DNA of 64,000 nucleotides from Sedimentisphaerales bacterium (GCA_963663965.2 CAXXFK010000028.1:448001-512000), one strand, 5' to 3'; shown: positions 44,426 to 54,589, numbered from the stretch's first letter. Notes: generated from the sequence alone by a model not told the origin. A program made the numbers and translations.

Positions 44426-44508
44426 TCCGGTGCTGCCGGTTTGTCTATTTTTCTTTGTGGCTTGGTGGCTTTGTGTGAAATTCTTTTCTTTGGTTCCGGT
44501 ACTGCCGG
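44426..44508 (-). repeat. 8-bp-period triple repeat flanked by 14-bp direct repeats
   Basis: CTTTGTGG-CTTGGTGG-CTTTGTGT at 44453-44476, between TCCGGTGCTGCCGG (44426-44439) and TCCGGTACTGCCGG (44495-44508). Confidence 0.7.
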
Positions 44509-44509
44509 C

Positions 44510-44896
44510 TCAGGTTTCCGTTTCCTTTTTGTCCTCATTCCGGGCCAGAATTTCGCTTAATACTTTTCGGTCTGCCTTTGACAGAGACCGGTCTTCCACC
44601 ATGAAGTTTAACATCGGTTCCAGTGCGCCCTGAAACACCTGGTCGATCAGCGTCTTTAAGGCGCTGCGGCGTGCCTGATGTTGTTCCAGCACCGGGGCAT
44701 AGACACTGGTATTGCCCCGCTTGCGCTCTGTCAACGCTCCCTTATCTACCAGCCGTGTCAACATCGTTTTAATCGTGGTATAGGCCCATTCATTTTCTTC
44801 CGGTAGATTCTCCTGGATCTCCCGGGCCGTGGCCGGATGTTTATCCCACAAGGCGTTCATGATTTGCCATTCCGAATCCGATAGTTTCATATTCAT
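44510..44896 (-). CDS. BlaI/MecI/CopY family transcriptional repressor
   Basis: LSDSEWQIMNALW, WAYTTIKTMLTRLVDKG.L, Y.P, LIDQVFQG; start at ATG 44896 behind AGGAG. Confidence 0.93.
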   Translation of the reverse strand: MNMKLSDSEWQIMNALWDKHPATAREIQENLPEENEWAYTTIKTMLTRLVDKGALTERKRGNTSVYAPVLEQHQARRSALKTLIDQVFQGALEPMLNFMVEDRSLSKADRKVLSEILARNEDKKETET

Positions 44897-44927
44897 GATC
44901 TTGCTCCTGGTTTCAGGGTCACCATCT

Positions 44928-44971
44928 ACTACATCTGTAATAAATAATACTACAAATGTAGAATTTGTCAA
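44928..44971 (-). promoter_or_regulatory. Two BlaI-type operators overlapping a sigma70-like promoter
   Basis: TACA-TC-TGTA (44930-44939) and TACA-AA-TGTA (44951-44960) match the BlaI/MecI/CopY TACAnnTGTA palindrome; minus-strand TTGACA (44971-44966), 16-nt spacer, TATTAT. Confidence 0.85.
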
Positions 44972-45412
44972 GCTGAAATCGTTATTTTTTTGTTATTGCG
45001 TATATCATGAATGATAAAATGCCCGGCCTGACCTGCCGGTTCAAAAGTATGCCAACATATCCCGACACAATGGACTTAACGATTCGGCTTCCTGGCTTTT
45101 TCCGCCGGTCGTAGGTGAAAACTCATTGTGTTAGGGACTTCAATTAGTATGTCTAAATGCCTGTTAAGTGTTTACAAAATAAACGCATTAGAACATCATA
45201 ATAATTTACACAATAATGACATAGGGTGGATTCTGGATGAATCAAATTTGACTTGGATCTATGGATTGTCTAAAAAAAGTAGAAATAATCTATTCTTTTA
45301 GCCGTACTTGCCGTTATAATTTATTAGAAGCAAATAGCATTTTGATTTAATATCGTTAACAACTCAATTATCTTTTGCCCGTGTCGAACGCCAGTATCTG
45401 GAGGCTATTATC

Positions 45413-46225
45413 ATGAAAAAGCGTTTTGGTTTTACCTTGATAGAATTGTTGGTGGTTATTTCCATTATAGCATTGTTGGTTGCCGTTCTCATGCCGGCGT
45501 TAGCTAATGCCCGGCGACAGGCCACTGGTGCGGTTTGTATGACGAATGTAAAAGCTTTGTCATTGGCATGGGCAATGTACGCCGATGACAATGAAGGCAG
45601 AATTGTTGGCGGAAATACTTATCTGGTTACGACGACAGGGGCGTCTACCGTGGATTGGAATAATGGTAAACCTTCAGAGGCTTGGGTATTGCCTCCGGTA
45701 AATAATGATGCGACGTTAGATCCCCTGCATAGAGAACAGGAAGGGCTTCGCCGGGGTAGGCTTTATAAATATGTGAATAGTTTTGATGTCTATCATTGTC
45801 CGGGAGATAAACGGGAATTATCCGGTTCCATCACGACCAGAAACCCCAATGGATATGTCAGTTTCCGCAGTTATGGCATTGTTGGAACAATGAATGGAGA
45901 AAATACCAGTCAGTCTGTGAAACGGATTAATGAAATTCGCCCGCCATCTGAAAAACTGGTTTTTCTGGAAGAAATGGATGACCGTGGCTGGAATATGGGA
46001 TCCTGGATTATGTATACGACCCCTAATTCCTATCAGTGGATTGATCCTTTGACTATCTGGCATAATAAGCAGGGAACTTTGGGTTTTGCTGATGGACATT
46101 CCGAAATGCATCGCTGGGAAGATCAACGTACCTTGGATGCGGCAGAACAGCGCCTCTTTAATCAGACACATCCCGGTAGTGTTGATTGGATGTACATGTG
46201 GCGGGCCTATCCCGTAAAGAAATAG
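45413..46225 (+). CDS. Prepilin-type N-terminal cleavage/methylation protein with H-X9-DG motif (planctomycete type)
   Basis: GFTLIELLVVISIIALLVAVLMPALANAR..A....C..N, MYADD, CPGD, HNKQGTLGFADGH. Confidence 0.9.
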   Translation: MKKRFGFTLIELLVVISIIALLVAVLMPALANARRQATGAVCMTNVKALSLAWAMYADDNEGRIVGGNTYLVTTTGASTVDWNNGKPSEAWVLPPVNNDATLDPLHREQEGLRRGRLYKYVNSFDVYHCPGDKRELSGSITTRNPNGYVSFRSYGIVGTMNGENTSQSVKRINEIRPPSEKLVFLEEMDDRGWNMGSWIMYTTPNSYQWIDPLTIWHNKQGTLGFADGHSEMHRWEDQRTLDAAEQRLFNQTHPGSVDWMYMWRAYPVKK

Positions 46226-46281
46226 AATTAAAAATAGAGCTTTAATCTCGAAAGTATATTTAAGATAAAATTGAACTAAGA

Positions 46282-46312
46282 GCCCCGGGTTACCATCAAG
46301 GGAACTCGGGGC
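46282..46312. terminator. Hairpin after the prepilin gene (possible terminator)
   Basis: GCCCCGGGTT / AACTCGGGGC stem; weak U-tract. Confidence 0.5.
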
Positions 46313-46402
46313 AATTGTTTAAATTTACAGAATGTTTCTTTATTTAAATACTATTTGCTCGGTCGAATGGATTATCAAGACATAGTCCCAAATGAATATT
46401 AA

Positions 46403-46586
46403 AGGGTACCTCTAAAAATTGCTTTAGAGGCGAAAGTGAGGATGGTTTTTCTCTGGCAAGGAACAAAGAACCGGGCATATTTGACGATATTCACGGTTTT
46501 TTGTGACGCAGGCCAGAGGAGAACGCTTGTTTCGCTGCACGCGGAGTGCCCGCTTGCAGCCCTGAATGAATTATTAGAGGTTCCCT
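46403..46586. mobile_element. MITE-like non-autonomous element (~184 bp)
   Basis: 18-bp terminal inverted repeats AGGGTACCTCTAAAAATT / AATTATTAGAGGTTCCCT (2 mismatches); long internal imperfect palindrome; no transposase. Confidence 0.75.
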
Positions 46587-46590
46587 GAAG

Positions 46591-47169
46591 TTATTCGCAC
46601 TGCAAATTTTTTAGATTCGTTACCTGAGAGGTGTTATCTGGCAATTCACCGACCATCAGACATAATGCCTGAGAGAGATACTTGTCAAAAACGGGTGCAT
46701 CTGCTGATAAAAAACATTCCCATGCGGAAGGTGATGTGGCTGTTTCAACATGAGACGGCGTGGCGATGAGGTGAATAGTACGTATTGTTTTGTCTTCTTC
46801 ATAGGGAAGATATTCCGTAGAGGTTGATGTACCAAAATAATGCCTGCCGTTTAGTTGACCGGAATAATGATCGGTTGTCGTGTAAGGTCGATAATCCTGG
46901 ATGCGGGAAGTCTGGCTGCTCAATTCATAGTTAATGATAAAATCGGCCTGCGATTCCTCGACCAGAGTCAATCCCTGGCGTGTGAATTCTTCTGAAAGAA
47001 TCTGGTGGAGTTGGCGATGTTCGATGGATTGATCGGACTCATACCGAATGGCAAAACGGCTCTGCCGATCGATCTCAATCTTTGGATCACGATACGCTTC
47101 CAACCGGGCATTCGTATTCATACATCCCACTGTCAGCGTTAACAATAACAACAAGCATCCACGTATCAT
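46591..47169 (-). CDS. Lipoprotein, DUF4136-like
   Basis: MIRGCLLLLLTLTVGC lipobox; ...F..QGL.......ADFIINY...WE; start at ATG 47169. Confidence 0.6.
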   Translation of the reverse strand: MIRGCLLLLLTLTVGCMNTNARLEAYRDPKIEIDRQSRFAIRYESDQSIEHRQLHQILSEEFTRQGLTLVEESQADFIINYELSSQTSRIQDYRPYTTTDHYSGQLNGRHYFGTSTSTEYLPYEEDKTIRTIHLIATPSHVETATSPSAWECFLSADAPVFDKYLSQALCLMVGELPDNTSQVTNLKNLQCE

Positions 47170-47498
47170 TATCAATCCCTTTATAAATGAATATGGGGTG
47201 ATCTGGTAAAGAATAAGCGGTACTGATAATATTATACACGAAATGGCACAGAAAGTAAAAAAAAGAAATGGAAGGCCCAAAGTGTTTTGTTAATAAAATC
47301 ATGTAATTAATTTGAAAGTTATATGCTTGTCTGATATAATATGATAATCAGCTTGATTCGGCCGTATTTTTAAGCGTACCTCAAAATATTCAAAATTGAG
47401 TTCTGATAAAAACTCTATCGTTCTTTGAAAATTAAAGAAGCGAAACCTGATTCGGGATCCATATCTGAAGGGAAGAATTGGGAAAAATAAAAATTACA

Positions 47499-47863
47499 AA
47501 ACAAACCCACTTTATGGTATGCCGCGAATGACTCCTGCTGATAAGCCGGCTTACCCCCAGATCGAAACGAACCCAATTTTTAAAAAAACGTCGTTAAGAT
47601 ATTTGTAAGCAATCAGTTATATCACGTTATTAATATCAATACTAATGATACAGTTTCCAACTGAAAATGCCCGCTTGGCCGTAATATAAGTTCTACACGG
47701 TAAACATTGATCTTGCGAGCGATCAGGAATTTTCAAACCCACAGGGTTTAGTGTATAGATACTTCAATAGGTGCTCCTCATTGTATAACGGTTGCTGACT
47801 CATGGTCTAAACGAACCCAATCTAAAAAAAAGTCCACTTAACTTATTTGTTTAATTATGGTTA
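47499..47863 (+). repeat. Three copies of a 55-bp fixed-spacing element (47499-47553, 47565-47619, 47809-47863)
   Basis: AAAC(G/A)AACCCA(A/C)-N18-T(A/G)A-N19-TTA; spacing counted by hand in each copy. Confidence 0.85.
47662..47735 (+). repeat. 75-bp dispersed repeat, copy B (74 bp)
   Basis: TGAAAATGCCCGCTTGGCCGTAATATAAGTTCTACACGGTAAACATTGATCTTGCGAGCGATCAGGAATTTTCA. Confidence 0.9.
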
Positions 47864-47992
47864 TGATCGAAATCCGATTCTATATTATTCATGATATCTA
47901 TTACATTGATCATACCCGTCCTGTATCTTAAGGACTGTCCAGATGGGGCCATAATGACAATTTGAATCTGATTACCCGCCAGAAAATATCTT

Positions 47993-49399
47993 CTATTCGT
48001 ACCTTTCACCAAACAAAGTCAGCGATGATGCTTTGCGTATCTTTACTTCAACCAGTTTCCCCGTCAGCCATTCCGGGCCATCGAAGACAACGATCTGGTC
48101 CCCCTGGGTGCGGCCTGTAAGCTGTGGGTATGCCGTCTCGGTATCACTGGTTGAGCGGTCACTGTCCAAGTGTGGATTCTTGCTAAATCCCTCAACCAGG
48201 ATTTCAACCGATTGGCCAATAAGTCCTTGATTGTCTTCATAGCCAATTTCATGCTGTAAGGCCAGCAGTTCTTCCAACCGTCCCTGTTTCACATCATCCG
48301 GCACATCGTCAGCCATCTTCTGCCAGGCTTTGGTGTTAGGGCGGGGCGAATATTTAAATACAAAACAGTTCTTGTAACGGATACGCCGCATTAACTCAAG
48401 AGTGGCCTGATGGTCACTTTCCTGCTCTCCCGGAAAACCGCAAATAAAGTCACCGGCGACAGTTAGCTCAGGAACGATCGCTTTGCCTCGCTCAATCAAT
48501 TCGATATAGTCACTGACCGTATAGCGACGGTTCATGGCCTTTAATATCCGATCAGAACCGGATTGGGCGGGTAAATGCAGATAGGAACAGACTTTGGGAA
48601 GTGATGCCATGAGATGAAAGATACGTTCTTCAAAATGACGTGGATAGCTGGTGACAAATCGGATCCGGTCCAGACCTTCGATGGCATGAACAGATTCCAG
48701 AATATCCGCCAGACCATAGATCGTATCATGATCTTCATATCGGTAAGAGTTAATTGTTTGACCCAGCAGGGTGATTTCTTTAACGCCTTTATCTGTCAAT
48801 TGCTTGCATTCATCAATAATATGCTTAATCGGTCGTGATCGTTCCCGCCCCCGTACATACGGAACGATGCAATAACTGCAAAAATAATTACATCCGCGCA
48901 TAACTCGAACAAAAGCCATAAAGGGCAATCGTTCATCCCGATGCTGATGCCGGCTATCGAGTTCTTCCAGCAGATCATCCTGTTCCGGATCATTTAAAGA
49001 TAAGTATCGGGCCTGACGTGGTTTGGTGCCCTGATCCCGTTCGGTTCTGACTTTTTCGATCAGATCCACCAATTCATGAATCTGATTCGGACCGCAAACA
49101 ATAGCTGCCTGGTCCCAGCCATCCAGTAAATCCTGTCCCAATCGCTGGGCCATACAACCGATAACTGCCAGAACAAAGTCTTTTTTCTGCATGTAGCGCT
49201 TACGAAGTTGTCCGATTTTACTCAGTACCTTCTCTTCAGCGTGCTGACGGACGGAACAGGTATTAAAAATGATAATCCCGGCATTATTAATATGATCGCA
49301 GGGCTGATATCCTGCCCGCTCCAATTCGTTGGTTACCAGCTCTGAATCCAGTTTATTCATCTGGCAACCCATCGTTTCAATATAATAAGTGGCATTCAT
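47993..49399 (-). CDS. miaB: tRNA-2-methylthio-N6-dimethylallyladenosine synthase MiaB
   Basis: TMGCQMN..DSE, NTCSVR..AE.K, GCMAQ, GCNYFCSYCIVPYVRGRE radical-SAM motif, HLPAQSGSD, FKYSPRP.T, TRAM domain; start at ATG 49399 (or 49444). Confidence 0.93.
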   Translation of the reverse strand: MNATYYIETMGCQMNKLDSELVTNELERAGYQPCDHINNAGIIIFNTCSVRQHAEEKVLSKIGQLRKRYMQKKDFVLAVIGCMAQRLGQDLLDGWDQAAIVCGPNQIHELVDLIEKVRTERDQGTKPRQARYLSLNDPEQDDLLEELDSRHQHRDERLPFMAFVRVMRGCNYFCSYCIVPYVRGRERSRPIKHIIDECKQLTDKGVKEITLLGQTINSYRYEDHDTIYGLADILESVHAIEGLDRIRFVTSYPRHFEERIFHLMASLPKVCSYLHLPAQSGSDRILKAMNRRYTVSDYIELIERGKAIVPELTVAGDFICGFPGEQESDHQATLELMRRIRYKNCFVFKYSPRPNTKAWQKMADDVPDDVKQGRLEELLALQHEIGYEDNQGLIGQSVEILVEGFSKNPHLDSDRSTSDTETAYPQLTGRTQGDQIVVFDGPEWLTGKLVEVKIRKASSLTLFGERYE

Positions 49400-49642
49400 G
49401 TTTTGATTCTTATTTTTGTGGGGCTCTTGAATATAAAATGACATATTATAAGGATTGAAGTCGTCAATGTGAAACAAAACTATGGTTATTATCTTGTAAC
49501 TGTCTGTTATATAATATGATATGAAAATATTTCGTTGATTGTTCTGTAGATATTGTCTTGTCAAAAAAATGATTTTGGGCTAAGGTATTAAGGTCTCCTT
49601 CAGGCTGATTACGACAAGAATATAAAAGGAAATCAAGAACCG

Positions 49643-51217
49643 ATGTTTTCAACCTTCCTGGCATATAAACGCGTCATTGGACCGGACCAGTTCTTTTATC
49701 TGGCAGGTTCATCTTTGCGGCGTATGGGATTAAAATATACCACGGCTTCTGCTGGATTGGCTGGTTTATTAATATTAGCCGGCCTGATTGGTAACCATCT
49801 GGCCAGTTGGAACCTGACACCACCCAAAATGGGGATAAAAGCGCTCTGGTTGCCGGCTATTACTGCGATTGCGACTTTTGGAGTTGGAAATCTGTTTATT
49901 GCGATATCGCATCTGTTTTCTTCTTCTCGATTGATGACTGCGGATGCCAATAGTTTAAATCTGATGGAAGACCGCAAAAAATCCGATATGGTGCATCACC
50001 TTGAAATTCTTTGGGATCGTGTGTTCCAGTATGAAGCGCAGTTAGTCAATAATCCGGCGGTAGCTCAGTTTGAAAAAAATCGCCTGGATGGCTGTCGTGC
50101 CCATCTGGAAAAATGTATCGAAACCTGGCCTCAGGAAATCAAGGACCATCTTGATATTAGAGAAGATACCCTCGATGAATTTTGCCGCCATATCGAACAT
50201 TTTCGCCCTTTATCGAATCGCCTGGAAGCCACCGGTGAAGGATTTATGATTACCGCCAGCTATGGTTTGGAAAAATCCCTGCCCCAGAAATTACAACGCC
50301 AGAAAATTGGATTCGATCTCTCCTTATTGGAAGACTGGTATGACGGAGCTTTTTTTTCTGCGAATGATTGTAAACTGAAAGAACAATATGCCGCCCATTC
50401 AGCTATCAGGGCAATCAGACGTTTGGTCGGCATTTCGTTTTTAGAACGGTTTCATGAAATGATGACTGGTGTTTCGGATCCCATCTGGTTCACGTTGACA
50501 ATGAAGAAAATCGGAACCTCGACAGGAATATTGATTGATCGCTTTAACCGTAAATATACCCGGGATAATCAACCGGATTTCTTTGATGCTCAGGATTTTC
50601 TCTGGAAACATCCGGAAAACGAAAACGTGATTTGTGACTTTTTTGGCGGCCATGGCGATGGAGTTTTACGGGATTTGCAGCAGTCGCGCCGTAAAATGTT
50701 CCAGGATATATTTTCCTCTCGAAAAAGCCATGCTCACCGACAGGTGTTTCGTATGTTTGGACGGGATTTCAGCAATGCGTTGCAGTTGCGTTTAAAATAT
50801 GATGTTGAGTTCGCGGCTGGTTTGCTGGATTATGGGCCTCTTGACGATTGTGATGAAATGAGCGATCTCACTTGCGGTTCGGTTTATCCTGCAAACCGTA
50901 TTGAAAAAGCTGTGGTGGATGCGCAAAAAAGTATAAGGCAATGTGATATTTTTTTGGAAAAAGAAAAGCCAGAGTTATTGGATCAGCCTGAAAGCCTGCG
51001 TACAGTTCGTATTGGATGGCATGTGGATGAATACCAAGTTCAAACTCTGGCTGCAGTCAATCCCAATGAAGCGCTGGCCGTGATTCAAGGCCATACGATC
51101 GCATCGGTCCGAAAGACCACGAATCGCTTATGCACGTTGCGAGTTCATTATGAACTGACGCGAATTCAATTATTTTCATATTGTCTGATGATTGACTTAT
51201 TAGGGCAGTACGATTAA
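49643..51217 (+). CDS. Hypothetical protein with two N-terminal TM helices
   Basis: 524-aa open frame with normal composition; no recognised motif. Confidence 0.7.
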   Translation: MFSTFLAYKRVIGPDQFFYLAGSSLRRMGLKYTTASAGLAGLLILAGLIGNHLASWNLTPPKMGIKALWLPAITAIATFGVGNLFIAISHLFSSSRLMTADANSLNLMEDRKKSDMVHHLEILWDRVFQYEAQLVNNPAVAQFEKNRLDGCRAHLEKCIETWPQEIKDHLDIREDTLDEFCRHIEHFRPLSNRLEATGEGFMITASYGLEKSLPQKLQRQKIGFDLSLLEDWYDGAFFSANDCKLKEQYAAHSAIRAIRRLVGISFLERFHEMMTGVSDPIWFTLTMKKIGTSTGILIDRFNRKYTRDNQPDFFDAQDFLWKHPENENVICDFFGGHGDGVLRDLQQSRRKMFQDIFSSRKSHAHRQVFRMFGRDFSNALQLRLKYDVEFAAGLLDYGPLDDCDEMSDLTCGSVYPANRIEKAVVDAQKSIRQCDIFLEKEKPELLDQPESLRTVRIGWHVDEYQVQTLAAVNPNEALAVIQGHTIASVRKTTNRLCTLRVHYELTRIQLFSYCLMIDLLGQYD

Positions 51218-51417
51218 TAGGATTGAGTCCGATAAATTCTTGATTATGAGCGCTACTGATATTTGGTAATCAGTTTTAACCTTGATATTGCCAATTTAAT
51301 GTTTTAGAAGAAAAAACTGCTGATTCGGCGTTTAATTTGCTATGGGTTATGGTCGATAAACTAACTGAGTTTTCTGATATGGCATGCCATTAGCATTGTA
51401 TAAGAAAGGATGAGACC

Positions 51418-52338
51418 ATGCAGGAAGTTTTAAATCAGCAGGGAGAAATCGAACAACAGCGTGATCCACGTGAGATCATTCAAATTTTTGAAAAAGCTGA
51501 AGATTTGCCGACATTGCCCGAAGTGGCCATCAGCTTACAGCGGACCGTGGATGATCCCTACAGTAGCGCCAAGGATGTTGCCAGAATAATCAGTGATGAT
51601 CCGGCCATTTCAACTCGGGTATTGCGGATGGTTAATTCGGTCTTCTATGCTCCCGCTCATGGCGAAGAGATCACAGAACTGCAACCGGCGATTGCCCGGT
51701 TGGGGTTTATAACGGTGACCAATATCGCACTTAGTACCAGTGTGTTCCATGCATTTGCCAAATCGCAATTGCCGATTTTTGATCGTCGTGAATTCTGGCG
51801 CCATTCAATTAGCGTTGGTATTATCACCTCAGTGTTATATGATTTTTGCACCAATAGTATTAACCAGCATATTACACGTGACATGGCGCATCTTGCTGGC
51901 ATTGTTCACGATATGGGAAAAATTCTGTTTGAGCGGTATGCGAACAAGGAATTTCACAAGGCGATCGAAAATTCCGCCCGGCTCGATATTCCGGTGGTAA
52001 AAGAAGAAAAACGCCTGATTGGTATGAGTCATGATGAGGCGGGCGCCTGGTTGGCCGAAAAATGGAATCTGGGCAAAGAAATTCAGGCAGTCGTCAGTTA
52101 TCATCATGATCCCTTGTCCTGTCCCGAATCGGAACTTCAGGGTTTGGTTAAATTGGTTCATATGGCCGATTATATCTGTCATAATCAGAAACTTGGCGAT
52201 AGTGGCAATCCCTGCGCAATCTATGATAAGCGTATTCGGGAAGAATTAAACCTGACCCCTGATAAAATCGGTGAGATTATGGATGTGGTTGAAGTTGAGG
52301 CGGCCAATTCCGAAGTATTACTGTCTTTGACCGATTAA
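51418..52338 (+). CDS. HDOD domain signalling protein
   Basis: LPTLPEVA, ISDDPAISTRVLRMVNS.FY, AIARLG, FWRHS, AGIVHDMGK, H.EAGAWLAEKWNL, HHDP. Confidence 0.93.
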   Translation: MQEVLNQQGEIEQQRDPREIIQIFEKAEDLPTLPEVAISLQRTVDDPYSSAKDVARIISDDPAISTRVLRMVNSVFYAPAHGEEITELQPAIARLGFITVTNIALSTSVFHAFAKSQLPIFDRREFWRHSISVGIITSVLYDFCTNSINQHITRDMAHLAGIVHDMGKILFERYANKEFHKAIENSARLDIPVVKEEKRLIGMSHDEAGAWLAEKWNLGKEIQAVVSYHHDPLSCPESELQGLVKLVHMADYICHNQKLGDSGNPCAIYDKRIREELNLTPDKIGEIMDVVEVEAANSEVLLSLTD

Positions 52339-52728
52339 AAACAAGATTTTGTTTTTCGCTGAGGAGAAAACGAATGCAAGAGTCGGAAATATTTTTCCGG
52401 CTCTTGTAAATTATACGGTTGGGCGGCAAAATTATGAAATTCAAGGGGAACTGAAACGTTTATACAGATAACTTGTTTTGAAACAGGCCCTTGTGATGTG
52501 ATTTTTCGATCTTTCTCAATTATACGGGTTTTAACGATCAGATAAAATTTATTCGGTTTCGGCTTGAAGAAGACTCAATTTTTGTTTGTCGATTCGTAAC
52601 TTTCAGGTCTTATGTATTGTATAATATAACGTCAATAAATGGTAATGCCGGGTGTAATACATCCCAGCAACCTGCGACTAATGATTAGTTTGCTGTTGAA
52701 TGGACTGTAAATATATTTTCAGGGACAT

Positions 52729-53163
52729 ATGGAAAGAAAGGTTTGTAAGATGTCTGTTTACAGTGTATTAGAATTAACTCCCCAACAAGAGGCCGCATCC
52801 AGAGACGCCGCTATGCCGGCGTTACGCGGGTTGGCGTTTTTGTTTATTATTGCGGTTTGTTGTGATACTTTGAGTACCATCCATTTCATGACAATTCTTG
52901 GCCCGATGGGGCCCAGTTTTGAAATCAATCCGCTGTTTCGGCTGGCTGCGGTGGGTTATGGCAGCGTGGTGGGCCCTTTGCTATGTTGTTTATTTAAAAT
53001 TATCGCAGGTTTTTATGTGGCCTGGCGCCTGGGACGCTGGGCGCCTTATATGTTTATCACCGGAATCATTATTTCATTCTGGGCTGCGTGGTATAATATG
53101 TGGGGATGTTATATTGAGGAATATATTCCTGGTATATTGACGTGGAATTTCTGGGGTGTGTAA
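52729..53163 (+). CDS. Small membrane protein (DUF5658-like)
   Basis: D..ST.........EINPL...K motif within hydrophobic helices. Confidence 0.6.
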   Translation: MERKVCKMSVYSVLELTPQQEAASRDAAMPALRGLAFLFIIAVCCDTLSTIHFMTILGPMGPSFEINPLFRLAAVGYGSVVGPLLCCLFKIIAGFYVAWRLGRWAPYMFITGIIISFWAAWYNMWGCYIEEYIPGILTWNFWGV

Positions 53164-53344
53164 CGAATTTCTTATGGTCTTGAGAATGAATGCGGAAACC
53201 TGAAAAAGCCTTTTTTTTCAGGTTTTCTTTTTGGGGTTTCTTTTCGGTCGGCGATATAATTCTTTTGAATAAAAAACCTGCCTGGATTTATTCCTTTAGG
53301 GTGGGTATCGAAAGAAATTTTATCCGCCATGAAAGGAGCCTGTT

Positions 53345-54502
53345 ATGTTGAATTTTGAATATCAAAATCCAGTACATATTATCTTTGGTCGAGATACAAT
53401 TGCCCGCCTGAACGATTTGATCGATGCCGAAAAAAAAGTAATGGTGGTTTATGGGGGAGGATCGATTAAACGCAATGGGGTCTATGATCAGGTGGTAAAG
53501 GCATTGGCCGGCCGATCCGTCGTTGAATTTGGTGGGATTGAGCCTAATCCTCAGTTTGCGACTTGCATGAAGGCAGTGAAGCAGGCTCAGGAAAGCGGAG
53601 TGGATTTTTTACTGGCAGTAGGGGGTGGGAGTGTGTTGGACGCGACGAAATTTATCGCGGCCGCGATGGTATATGAAGGGGCTGATCCGTGGGATATTTT
53701 AAGAACACATGGGCAGGAAGTCACCAGCGCGATCCCGATGGGCACGGTATTGACGTTACCAGCAACGGGTTCTGAGATGAACGCAAATTCGGTTATTTCA
53801 CGGGCCGAAACGGAAGAGAAATTGCATTTTACCAGTTCGGCAGTGTATCCGGAATTTTCGATTATGGATCCGCAAACGATTGCGAGTTTGCCGGAAAATC
53901 AGATACGGAATGGGATTGTTGACGCGTTTGTTCATGTGGTCGAGCAGTCGATTACGTATGAGGTAAATACACCTCTGCAGGATCGGCAGGCGATGGCAGT
54001 CCTTGCGACATTGGTACAGGTGGCGCCAGATTTGATGGCGGGCAGCAAGGATTACGATCTGCTGGCCAATTTTATGTGGGCGGCAACTCACGCGTTAAAC
54101 GGTGTGATTTCGTGTGGCGTGGTGGAAGACTGGTCAATCCATATGATCGGGCATGAGTTGACAGCATTTTATGGGGTGGCGCATGCCGAATCGTTGGCGA
54201 TTGTATTGCCGGGGGTGTGGGAACGTTGTTTTGAGAAGAAGAAAGAGAAACTTGCCAATCTGGCTGAGGCGTTATGGGGGGTTACGTCCGGCAGTGTGGA
54301 TGATAAAGCACAGGCGGCGATAGAAAAGACGGAAGCGTTTTTCCATGCTATCAAGATGCCGACCCGGTTGGGAGATTATGGGGTGAAGGCGGCCGATCTG
54401 GATAAATTGAAGGCCCGGTTTAATGAGCGTGGATTAACTTATGGAGAACAAGGCGATCTGGGACCGGAAGCCTGTGGGGAGATTGTGGCCGGCAGGCTGT
54501 AA
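53345..54502 (+). CDS. Iron-containing alcohol dehydrogenase (YqhD/BdhA-like)
   Basis: F.YQNP..I.FG, YGGGSIKRNGVYDQV, GIEPNP, AVGGGSVLD..K, TLPATGSEMN, D...H..E, H.IGHELTA.YG..H. Confidence 0.93.
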   Translation: MLNFEYQNPVHIIFGRDTIARLNDLIDAEKKVMVVYGGGSIKRNGVYDQVVKALAGRSVVEFGGIEPNPQFATCMKAVKQAQESGVDFLLAVGGGSVLDATKFIAAAMVYEGADPWDILRTHGQEVTSAIPMGTVLTLPATGSEMNANSVISRAETEEKLHFTSSAVYPEFSIMDPQTIASLPENQIRNGIVDAFVHVVEQSITYEVNTPLQDRQAMAVLATLVQVAPDLMAGSKDYDLLANFMWAATHALNGVISCGVVEDWSIHMIGHELTAFYGVAHAESLAIVLPGVWERCFEKKKEKLANLAEALWGVTSGSVDDKAQAAIEKTEAFFHAIKMPTRLGDYGVKAADLDKLKARFNERGLTYGEQGDLGPEACGEIVAGRL

Positions 54503-54530
54503 CACTTTAATTGTCAACATGTTAGAATAA

Positions 54531-54562
54531 AAGGCTCCTGGAGATCATCTCCGGGAGCCTTC
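54531..54562. terminator. Hairpin terminator between convergent genes
   Basis: AAGGCTCCTGGAGA / TCTCCGGGAGCCTT. Confidence 0.75.
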
Positions 54563-54589
54563 TTATTGGGGGAGCGTTCTAGATCTCGT

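Noticed and set aside
38102..44896. Beta-lactam resistance locus
   Set aside because: No beta-lactamase or penicillin-binding sensor domain is recognisable; BlaI/M56 pairs have many other roles
45053..45190. Further TAA-N19-TTA cores upstream of the prepilin gene
   Set aside because: The spacers count as 20 nt, so they were not included in the fixed-spacing set
47499..47863. Integron attC sites or dif site (TAAC...GTTA-like ends)
   Set aside because: The inverted pair spans only 25 bp with no internal hairpin, the spacing differs from dif (N6), and there is no integrase or cassette array
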